A DNA stretch of 64,000 bases from an uncultured virus (IMG/VR IMGVR_UViG_3300044638_007755) (Duplodnaviria > Heunggongvirae > Uroviricota > Caudoviricetes). Of the stretch, positions 56,030-64,000 are shown piece after piece. The translations under genes were made by a program, and so were the position numbers. The stretch lies in the IMG/VR virus record IMGVR_UViG_3300044638_007755, one strand, 5' to 3'. How positions within the stretch are numbered: position 1 is the stretch's first letter; each line of letters begins with the position of its first letter. The notes below the pieces were generated by a model, which was not told the origin of the DNA, did no database searches, and worked only from the letters and a program-made list of their open reading frames with translations.

Positions 56030-56085
56030 GCGGTTGTCTATATTGGTGTATTCAATTTTTAGTATCTTAATTTCGTGAGCTTTAT

Positions 56086-57342
56086 ATGAATATTAATAGT
56101 CAATTCTGTATTACAAACTATACTGGACAAGAACCATTAAATTTAATGGTCAAACCGGCTAGTATTACTGGTGTGGCAGAAGTAGCTGACTATAACAGAT
56201 TTATAGAGGCTGTTAGTACCATCTATGGGAATCAAAATTCTACTGGAAATATTCCTACATTTTGGACAACAAGAAATTCTTCTACTGATTCGGCAGGACA
56301 CATTAAATATGTTTATGCTCCTAGTGCAGAATCTAGTTTAAGAACACTACAATCTGCTGAACCTTATTATTTTATAATTAGAGATACTTCATATCTTCCC
56401 TTAAAAATTCCAACAATCGGAGGAACCGTTCCGGGATTTGTAGACTATGATGGAACACAGAGATATAATCTTCCTGTTATAGTGAATCCTTCTTCTATTA
56501 TATTAGGACCAAACCAGGGTAATGTTCATACTTTTTCTGTGTCTATAGATAAGTTGGAACCACAAGAAACCTATAAGTATGAATTTAAAGCAGTATCTTC
56601 TAACTGGCCCACGGTTATTAACTCAATATCTGGTATAATTAAACCATCAGAACCACAAACCTCTATAGATGCAACTCTAACCTTTTGTGTTAGTACAGGA
56701 GTTTGTGTATCGGGTTCAGAAGGCTTAATAGACTACACTTTAGATAATAGCCAAACAGGATCAGCATATAACAAGTCTATGTATAATTTACATACCACGA
56801 TACAGTTATCTGTTGAACCAATTTCTTACGATGGTCCAGAAATACTTGGAAAACAGTTTACAGCATTATGCGAGGATTGCTTACCAGAACTTATGGTGAA
56901 TATACCTACGGACCCAATAACCTTAGCAGGGAAAAATAATTATTGTCAAGATATTATAGCTACAGTTTCTGGATTGATTCCCAATCATACTTATAACTAT
57001 GAATTTAGTTCTGTAATCGGTAATTGGCCAGCAGTTATAACCCCGCCAACAGGAACTTTTAGGGCTTCCAAAAAAACAGCAGAGATTAGAAGTCGTTTGG
57101 CTTTTTGTCCGTCAACTATTCTTTGCACCGGCGGAACTCCGGGCTTATTAGACTATGATTTAAATTCTTATCAATATTTATTTGATAATACTTGTGGTAA
57201 ATTTGTAACATTAGAACTTTCAGTAAATACAGAAGACGAAACTACTCAACAAGGCATTAGCGATAGACTCACAGTCTATTGTCAAGATTGCTTGGGTGAC
57301 ACAATGGTTCCATCATTAACTATATCTGCTAACCAAGCCTAA
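56086..57342 (+). CDS. Cys-rich repeat virion protein (2 repeats)
   Basis: About 120-135-aa unit L.P..TY.YEF...NWP..SG..FC.ST..C..DY..C.DCL. Confidence 0.7.
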   Translation: MNINSQFCITNYTGQEPLNLMVKPASITGVAEVADYNRFIEAVSTIYGNQNSTGNIPTFWTTRNSSTDSAGHIKYVYAPSAESSLRTLQSAEPYYFIIRDTSYLPLKIPTIGGTVPGFVDYDGTQRYNLPVIVNPSSIILGPNQGNVHTFSVSIDKLEPQETYKYEFKAVSSNWPTVINSISGIIKPSEPQTSIDATLTFCVSTGVCVSGSEGLIDYTLDNSQTGSAYNKSMYNLHTTIQLSVEPISYDGPEILGKQFTALCEDCLPELMVNIPTDPITLAGKNNYCQDIIATVSGLIPNHTYNYEFSSVIGNWPAVITPPTGTFRASKKTAEIRSRLAFCPSTILCTGGTPGLLDYDLNSYQYLFDNTCGKFVTLELSVNTEDETTQQGISDRLTVYCQDCLGDTMVPSLTISANQA

Positions 57343-57362
57343 TTTTCGAAAGAGTATCAAAT

Positions 57363-58553
57363 ATGTCATATGTAGATATTAAAACAGAACTTTCTGGATT
57401 ATTACCTTTTGAAAAATACGACTATAAATTCGAAGGTATGGGAGGTAATTGGCCATGCACTGTTACTCCGTATAGCGGCTCAATACGACCTTATGGTAGT
57501 ACAATGATATTTGAAGGAAAAGTTCATTTCTGTTCTGCTAAAACTGCTTGCTCAGGTTCTAGCGGTATTCTTCCGTACAGCAATCATCTTTGTGAACCAA
57601 CTTCTGATTTATTTACTACTCTCAGATTATCTTTAAAGCCTGAAAATTTTCCACATACCTTATATACTAATACTTTAGTAGCTTCTTGTGCTAATTGTTT
57701 TCCTCAGCCTAGTATCACAACTCCAACAAGCGTTACATTGAATCAAATTCAAGGTAATGAATATACTTTAACGTCTGTTATTGCTGGTTTACAACCAAAT
57801 GAAACCTACACATATAATTTTGAGAGTATTGATGCTAATTGGCCAGTAAAAATAAATCCAGTATCTGGATCAATTAAAACATCAAGAGATAGAACGACGC
57901 TTGTTTCTAATGTCATGTTCTGTAACAGTACTGGTTTATGTAATAACGGTAATGATATCTTAGATTATTCAACAACTAGTAGTTGTTTATTAGAAAAAAA
58001 CCTATATTCAATTATACAATTATCGGTAGTTCCCCCTGCATCCTGTGAAGCCGAAACTGTTGTTAGTAATCCTATTCCAATTTATTGCAAAGACTGCTTA
58101 CCTTCTGTTAATATAAAAATATTACCAACAACAAAAAAGATTGTTTCTTTATCAGAAAATGCTGCTGGATTATTACTAGAGCCCACTATTAGTGGAATAG
58201 AGCCTAATAAAAAATATTCTTATATATTTAAGGGTATAAGTTCTAATTGGCCGGTATTTATTAGTCCTATCTCAGGAATACTTCAGTCGTCAACTTCTTC
58301 ATCCAGTCTAAGCTCTCAGATGTTCTTTTGCTCAAGCACTGGAGTATGCGCATCTGGTACCAGGGGTGTATTAGACTATAGACTGGACGCTGTATCATCA
58401 AATAAGATTAATAACGATCCTTTTGTAAATCTACAATTAGAATTAACATCACTATCTTGTGGTACAATCTATGCTAGTGATACACTAATACTTTATTGTA
58501 ATGATTGTTTATCGAAATCTGATCCAAGAATAGTAACTAGTAGAATTACTTAA
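57363..58553 (+). CDS. Cys-rich repeat virion protein (3 repeats)
   Basis: Same NWP/FC/CxxC unit. Confidence 0.7.
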   Translation: MSYVDIKTELSGLLPFEKYDYKFEGMGGNWPCTVTPYSGSIRPYGSTMIFEGKVHFCSAKTACSGSSGILPYSNHLCEPTSDLFTTLRLSLKPENFPHTLYTNTLVASCANCFPQPSITTPTSVTLNQIQGNEYTLTSVIAGLQPNETYTYNFESIDANWPVKINPVSGSIKTSRDRTTLVSNVMFCNSTGLCNNGNDILDYSTTSSCLLEKNLYSIIQLSVVPPASCEAETVVSNPIPIYCKDCLPSVNIKILPTTKKIVSLSENAAGLLLEPTISGIEPNKKYSYIFKGISSNWPVFISPISGILQSSTSSSSLSSQMFFCSSTGVCASGTRGVLDYRLDAVSSNKINNDPFVNLQLELTSLSCGTIYASDTLILYCNDCLSKSDPRIVTSRIT

Positions 58554-58573
58554 ATATAAGGTATTGAAATATA

Positions 58574-60076
58574 ATGTTGAATACTAAAAACGTTTTTATT
58601 ACCGTTAGTGGCTTAATGCCATACTCTAAATATATTTATGAGTTCAGCGGAGCTGGGGCCAATTGGCCTACTACAGTAACACCAGCTACAGGGGTTATTT
58701 CAACAAATAACTTAACGTCAAAAGTTATTAAAACAAAAGTTCATTTTTGTGCTAGCACAGGAATATGTCCGCTGGGTGAGAATGGGGTATTTGACTATTC
58801 TATTATTGAATGCCAGTCTGATCCTATAAACTTATATAGTAATATGGCATTTTCCTTAAAAGAATATGATACCAATAATATAGTATTTGATGATATTGTA
58901 GAAGTAGTTTGTCAAGATTGTTTACCCAAAATTAATATCACAATGCCCACATCTGCCGCTATAACAAGTAATAATACCTACACCATAGCTGCTTCTGTTA
59001 ATGGTTTGGTGCCAAAACAAACCTATAGCTATAGATTTATTGGAATAGAAGCAAATTGGCCCTCTACTTTATCCCAAACGTCAGGACGATTTATTGCTAA
59101 AGATAATACTGAAACATTATTAACAGACTTAACTTTTTGTCCAACATCTGGCATATGTAGTGGCGCTAATAAAACAATAGGAAACTATAGCTTAGATAAT
59201 AGTTGTGTTTTTGGATCAACGTCTCAGTATTCAAAAGTAAAATTTGAACTAACTCCACTAACATGTAATGTGGGTACTATTTTTACCGATAATTTAACTG
59301 TTACTTGCGCTAATTGTTTACCAAACATAACAGTTACTCTACCAAATAATACCGTATTAAGAACAGCAAATACCAATAGGTATGATGTTACCGCTTGGCT
59401 TTCTGGTTTAAGGCCCAATGAAACTTATACTTATGAGTATATCCCTGACTCATCTAATTGGCCCACTGTTATGATCCCGCGCACCGGATCATTTACTTCT
59501 ACTGGAAGAACTCATACTCTATCTTCTAAAATGATGTTTTGTTCACCAAAAAGTATTTGTCCCTCAGGAACAGAGGGACTATTACCATATTCTTTTGATG
59601 ATAGTGCTAGTAAAATTTTAAAAGAGAACGTGTTAAGCACAACGATTAAATTAAAAGTTAATCCAGAAACTTGTGATATCCCAGAAAAAACAAGCATACC
59701 GTTTACACTTAGCTGCTCAGGTTGTTTACCTTCTTTTTCCTACGCAACCATTAATTTTTCAGATACTCCAGAAATTACATTAGATTCTGGATGCTGTTCA
59801 GGTGTTAGAGCTATTACGGTAGACGTTAGCGGAGCCGTCCCAGGAGATAAATACAATTACAGATTCGATTCTGCATCAGCTAATGTGAGTTTTAGTCCTA
59901 TTACCGGTGTTATATATTTTGGAGCCAATGGTAGAGGGGCTATTAATACGGTATTGGGTGTTGACCTCATAGAATCCCAACAGGTCATTATCAATTGTGT
60001 TTTACAGCATGACGATACAGACATTGAAACAATTGACTTTTTAGCTGTTAAATGCGACGGAATTTGTGTATCATAA
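58574..60076 (+). CDS. Cys-rich repeat virion protein (3 repeats plus a degenerate 4th)
   Basis: Same NWP/FC/CxxC unit. Confidence 0.7.
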   Translation: MLNTKNVFITVSGLMPYSKYIYEFSGAGANWPTTVTPATGVISTNNLTSKVIKTKVHFCASTGICPLGENGVFDYSIIECQSDPINLYSNMAFSLKEYDTNNIVFDDIVEVVCQDCLPKINITMPTSAAITSNNTYTIAASVNGLVPKQTYSYRFIGIEANWPSTLSQTSGRFIAKDNTETLLTDLTFCPTSGICSGANKTIGNYSLDNSCVFGSTSQYSKVKFELTPLTCNVGTIFTDNLTVTCANCLPNITVTLPNNTVLRTANTNRYDVTAWLSGLRPNETYTYEYIPDSSNWPTVMIPRTGSFTSTGRTHTLSSKMMFCSPKSICPSGTEGLLPYSFDDSASKILKENVLSTTIKLKVNPETCDIPEKTSIPFTLSCSGCLPSFSYATINFSDTPEITLDSGCCSGVRAITVDVSGAVPGDKYNYRFDSASANVSFSPITGVIYFGANGRGAINTVLGVDLIESQQVIINCVLQHDDTDIETIDFLAVKCDGICVS

Positions 60077-60099
60077 TTTTAATTAAGGAAACCACTTAA

Positions 60100-60429
60100 A
60101 TGTCATTAACAACTACAGATAGCATACAGCTTCAAATGCAAAATTTGGTGCCAGCACATGAATACAAAGTAGAATTTAAGATAAATAATCCTAGTAATAA
60201 TTCTCTTGTAGCCTATTTAGATAAATATCTGGTTACGTTTAGCGCTGCTTCTACCAAACAAAATATATTCGTACTTTTAACTAAAGATGCAGATTTACCA
60301 ATTGTTACTCTTGAAGTAACAACAACAAACTTAACAGACAATAAAATCGGATCATCCAGCATGATAATACAGTGTCCAGACTTTACTGGTTGTGATGCTA
60401 GTTACTTACCTTTAAGTATAAATTCATAA
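60100..60429 (+). CDS. small virion protein, degenerate single repeat
   Basis: NLVPAHEYKVEF..C.D resembles the unit above. Confidence 0.6.
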   Translation: MSLTTTDSIQLQMQNLVPAHEYKVEFKINNPSNNSLVAYLDKYLVTFSAASTKQNIFVLLTKDADLPIVTLEVTTTNLTDNKIGSSSMIIQCPDFTGCDASYLPLSINS

Positions 60430-60468
60430 CTATTAATTCTAAGATAGGACATTAAAGGATAAACAATA

Positions 60469-60600
60469 ATGGCATTACCTAATAGTATAAATTCTAATTG
60501 TTGTTATTTTGATGTTACTCCAACACCAACCCCTAGTGTGACTCCAACAGTAACTCCTACTCTTACCATTACGCCGACTCCCACTCCAACTAAAAATTAG
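60469..60600 (+). CDS. 43-aa Pro/Thr-repeat peptide
   Basis: Translated by hand: MALPNSINSNCCYFDVTPTPTPSVTPTVTPTLTITPTPTPTKN; AAGGA RBS. Confidence 0.6.
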   Translation: MALPNSINSNCCYFDVTPTPTPSVTPTVTPTLTITPTPTPTKN

Positions 60601-60671
60601 GAATTATTATAATGCAATTAGCTATTCTGCTATTTACTATATAAAAGAACAATCAACATAGGACTCAGTTA

Positions 60672-62612
60672 ATGGTATATTTTCAACCACAAAATCAAAC
60701 TTTTGATACCTTAGCAATATCTCGAAGCCGACCAGTAGAAGTAATCTATAACAATAGCGGTTTACACACAATAGCTGGACCAGTTCCTTTTGTTGATATT
60801 TCACATAGTGTTCTTCGTAATGGTGCTGGCGCCGTAGAAGGACATGTAACTAGAATCGATATTACTGGCAAGATTGTTAGAAATGGAGTAGACCCACATG
60901 TTATTCCTGCTGGTTCTGGTATTGGTCCAGTAATGAGTGGAATTATAGGCTTAAGAGATTTGTTTTCTAAAAGCAATTTTGGACATTTACAGATCAAATG
61001 TGGTGTAACTAATACTCTTTTTGATGCTAGTGGTGTCAAAGTATTAGATATGTCTTTTAATAAGAGCGATGATAATTGGCTCTTTACAGCAGACTATTCT
61101 ATTAATTTAGAGTATTATCAACCTAGTGGACTTTCTGCTGGTTACTATGTTCAATCTACTAATGATAGTTGGAGTATAGAACCTTTAGAGGAAGCAACAT
61201 ATGTGAATTTTAGTAAAACCGTCTCTCAAAAAGGCGAGACCAATAATCCCAAACTACTACCAGCTGCTCCATCTAACAATAGTCCTGTTCCAGGAGGATA
61301 TAATGGAGGAGGACCTGTTGCAACTAATACATTAAATATTGTAAATATTCCTCAGTATAGAATTTCTCATAGAGTAAGCGCGGTAGGTATTCCTAGTGGT
61401 ACTGGTGTTGGAATATCTAATATGGCTTATTTAGAAGCTAAAAAGTGGGTAGAATTTAGACTTTCTACAGCTTTTTATCAATCTAGTCCATCATCGGGGT
61501 TGGCTTCTTTTTTAAATAATAGCAATCCTAGTCTCACCGATTTGGGCACAGCTAATATGTTTTTATACAATCATTTGCGTAGTACTAACTTTAGCGTGTC
61601 TGAGGGTAGTTATGAAATTAATGACACTTGGTTAGCTATGCCGTCTGGTATACCATATGTTGAAGATTACAGCATAGACGCTTCAACAGATGAAAAATTT
61701 ATGAAAACAGTAAGAGTACAAGGACAAATTAGAGGATTAAATATTACTCCTTTTTCTGTTATGAGTGGTAGCTCTTCATATACTATTCCTGATTCTAGTG
61801 GTAAAATCAATTTGTCTGGTGGAAATCAATTATTGACCACGTCTTCTATGCCAACACATCCTGTCTTAGATCTTTTATCATCTAACAGTACCGTTACAAG
61901 TATGTACCCAAATAAATATGAGAATGCTTTAAGCGGATGGATATATGATATTAAACCATATGCTTATAGAAGAGCTTCTTTGGCAATGAGATCTCCTGAT
62001 AGAGCAGGAAACATATACACAAACCCCGCTAATACAAGAACCCCTCCCAACAATCCTTTTTATTGCGAAGAAAATTTATTAAACCCTAATCCAACCAGTA
62101 CAACAGAAGGTCATGATCCTAGAAAAGGTACGATCAGTTATAGTGTAGAATATACAAATAAACTTAATTTGATTAGTGGGGTTTTATCTGAAAATATTGG
62201 CATAAACGATACTGGTCCTGCCGACGTATTCGGAGAATCTTTTATTATTGGTCGTAGACTTGGACCTATATTACAGTCTTTAAATGCTAAAACCTCTGCT
62301 CGTAAAGACGTATCTATTGATATTACTGTTGTTCCTCCTTCTTCTGCAGCTAATTTGGTTATGACTTCAAGTGGATGTCCGATGTATACGGGTGGAACAA
62401 TTTATACATCGATTAATAATCTAATAGAAGCTCTTAGACCATTTGGCGCTCGCACTGCAGATTATTTTGGTACTGTGAGAACCAGCGCAGCTGGACAAGT
62501 TTTTGTTAGTCAAGACAACCAAAGCTGGAACCCTAGCGATGGAAGATATAGTAGAAATGTTTCTTGGGTTTACCAGCAATGTGATAATTCAACGAACTAT
62601 CTGGACCATTAA
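60672..62612 (+). CDS. probable distal tail/baseplate protein
   Basis: 646 aa, beta-rich, internal D.(W/Y)SI repeats; position. Confidence 0.6.
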   Translation: MVYFQPQNQTFDTLAISRSRPVEVIYNNSGLHTIAGPVPFVDISHSVLRNGAGAVEGHVTRIDITGKIVRNGVDPHVIPAGSGIGPVMSGIIGLRDLFSKSNFGHLQIKCGVTNTLFDASGVKVLDMSFNKSDDNWLFTADYSINLEYYQPSGLSAGYYVQSTNDSWSIEPLEEATYVNFSKTVSQKGETNNPKLLPAAPSNNSPVPGGYNGGGPVATNTLNIVNIPQYRISHRVSAVGIPSGTGVGISNMAYLEAKKWVEFRLSTAFYQSSPSSGLASFLNNSNPSLTDLGTANMFLYNHLRSTNFSVSEGSYEINDTWLAMPSGIPYVEDYSIDASTDEKFMKTVRVQGQIRGLNITPFSVMSGSSSYTIPDSSGKINLSGGNQLLTTSSMPTHPVLDLLSSNSTVTSMYPNKYENALSGWIYDIKPYAYRRASLAMRSPDRAGNIYTNPANTRTPPNNPFYCEENLLNPNPTSTTEGHDPRKGTISYSVEYTNKLNLISGVLSENIGINDTGPADVFGESFIIGRRLGPILQSLNAKTSARKDVSIDITVVPPSSAANLVMTSSGCPMYTGGTIYTSINNLIEALRPFGARTADYFGTVRTSAAGQVFVSQDNQSWNPSDGRYSRNVSWVYQQCDNSTNYLDH

Positions 62613-62615
62613 TTT

Positions 62616-64000
62616 ATGACGAATACATGTTCGACTGGAAAATCTAGTATCGCGGCACAAACATTATTTTTAGGCGCTAGTATTTCTGACTTTAATGTTA
62701 ATATGGCTTGGGGAGGAAGACCTTCTCAGTTAAGCGTTAAGTTAGTAGAGGACACCAACTGTATTAAATCTGATAATAGTGTCGAAAAAGCGCCATTTAA
62801 AGCAGCATCATATCCTGATAATCACTTTCATGATTGCTCTAGTAATGAGGATTGTTTTATAGACGAAACTGGTAAAGCCTATGATCTTTCAAAGTCCAAA
62901 GAAAAAATAGTACCAGGAAAAGTTTATTATTCTTGGAACGGGAGTGGATTTGTTTCTAAGTATTGGTACGATCCAGATCCTGGATTTTTTGGTAACAAAA
63001 CCTGTTTTACTACAGATGGTGTTTATTCTAGATCTAATTATAGTACGTCTAAAGGCTTTGACATTATCAATACTCCTGTTATGTTTAGAATAGGTCAATT
63101 TTCTTTTACTGGATTAGTGCAATCTTGGGAAAGAAGTTATGACAATGGCGGTTTAACTTATGATGTTACTATTGAGAGTGTAGACGGGATATTAGATCAG
63201 TGTTATATTATTCTTGACAAGTACGCTGGTGCAGTATACGGTAAATTAGCATCTAATACCTACGGCGGTCCAACTAGTCATATAGATGGAGGAAGCGTAG
63301 CGTATAAGGGTAAAATAATACAAGGAAATATCCCAAATGTATTCAATGTTTATGGATTTTTAGAATCTATGGGATTAAGAGATTTCGGAGGATCTCAAAG
63401 AAACGACAATGGCATTAGTGCTTCATTAATAGTTGATGCTTTAAGCGTATTAACATCGTCAGTATCATCAACAGCTGATCCGGCTTCGGCTTTGGATAGT
63501 ATGAACAAAAGAGCATTTTCTCCATTTGGCAGAATACTATTAAAAGTCCCCCAAGAAAATGAAACATATACTAGAGTTCAACCAACTTTTACAAACACCT
63601 ATGGTATGGGATTCCTACCAGTTACATATGATGGTTTAAGTGTAGAAAGATGTCATTTTGCTCTAGATCTATCTGAGTTACCTAAGGTTCCATTAGATTT
63701 TAGAATTTCAGAACCCACAATTAGCATAATGCAATTGATTCAGAGCATCACAACTGCTTCTGGTGTAGATTTTTATTTTGACGTCATTCCGGCAACAATT
63801 AGTGGTGTTGCGTATAATGTTCTAAAAATTAGAACTATTTTTAGAAGCTCTCAACCAGACCCAAAACAAATAGAGAAAACAATAAAGACTTTTGAAGAGA
63901 ACAGTTATAATATCTCTTCTTCCAGAATAGGTAAAGAAAAAAATACAAATGTATCTAGAACAATGTATATTGGGCCAAAACAACAGCGTTTATATCAAGC
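62616..64000 (+). CDS. large tail/baseplate hub-like protein, truncated by the window end
   Basis: MTNTCSTGKSSIAAQTLFLGASISDFNVNMAWGG..; same frame still open at the window end (MYIGPKQQRLYQ). Confidence 0.7.
   Translation, partial: MTNTCSTGKSSIAAQTLFLGASISDFNVNMAWGGRPSQLSVKLVEDTNCIKSDNSVEKAPFKAASYPDNHFHDCSSNEDCFIDETGKAYDLSKSKEKIVPGKVYYSWNGSGFVSKYWYDPDPGFFGNKTCFTTDGVYSRSNYSTSKGFDIINTPVMFRIGQFSFTGLVQSWERSYDNGGLTYDVTIESVDGILDQCYIILDKYAGAVYGKLASNTYGGPTSHIDGGSVAYKGKIIQGNIPNVFNVYGFLESMGLRDFGGSQRNDNGISASLIVDALSVLTSSVSSTADPASALDSMNKRAFSPFGRILLKVPQENETYTRVQPTFTNTYGMGFLPVTYDGLSVERCHFALDLSELPKVPLDFRISEPTISIMQLIQSITTASGVDFYFDVIPATISGVAYNVLKIRTIFRSSQPDPKQIEKTIKTFEENSYNISSSRIGKEKNTNVSRTMYIGPKQQRLYQ

Larger units (their letters stand above)
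13719..56051 (+). promoter_or_regulatory. recurrent RGTGTAT motif upstream of structural genes (candidate late promoter)
   Basis: GTGTAT at 13719, 15949, 16774, 19110, 21214, 23568, 28270, 32201, 48593 and 56046, each about 15-85 bp before a start codon. Confidence 0.65.

Noticed and set aside
8565..63098. Minus-strand and alternate-frame ORFs within the structural operon
   Set aside because: They are fully overlapped by long plus-strand genes with recognisable motifs and have no independent signals
1..64000. Stop-codon reassignment, tRNA genes, tail sheath, integrase
   Set aside because: The standard code gives dense full-length genes using all three stops; no tRNA cloverleaf, sheath-like gene or recombinase was recognised by eye

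Overview
This window is part of a large, AT-rich tailed dsDNA phage genome, probably a siphovirus (tail tube and tape measure are present; no sheath gene was seen). The host is possibly a Planctomycete or other PVC-group bacterium (weak inference). 1-5.9 kb: a leftward array of about 17 tiny genes, most with their own near-consensus sigma70 promoter. It is punctuated by six copies of an 82-bp element made of two 29-bp 11-7-11 imperfect palindromes exactly 53 bp apart. 6-11.7 kb: GDP-fucose synthesis genes (fcl, gmd), a divergent HTH regulator, a phage sigma factor, and HNH and ERCC4 nucleases. 11.7-19 kb: terminase, portal, protease/scaffold, decoration protein and major capsid protein. 19-28 kb: a mosaic fibre block with GC-rich tips, a 2OG-Fe(II) oxygenase and an RgpF-like glycosyltransferase. 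28-36 kb: neck, tail tube and chaperones. 36-48.6 kb: a 4208-aa tape measure protein carrying internal enzyme domains (P-loop kinase, nucleotidyltransferase, HAD phosphatase) separated by a repeated GGx(I/V)Q(R/K)FxxG linker. 48.6-64 kb: tail-tip/baseplate genes, including a circularly permuted FGE-sulfatase (C-type lectin fold) domain and Cys-rich repeat proteins. All calls come from reading motifs by eye; no database search was run.
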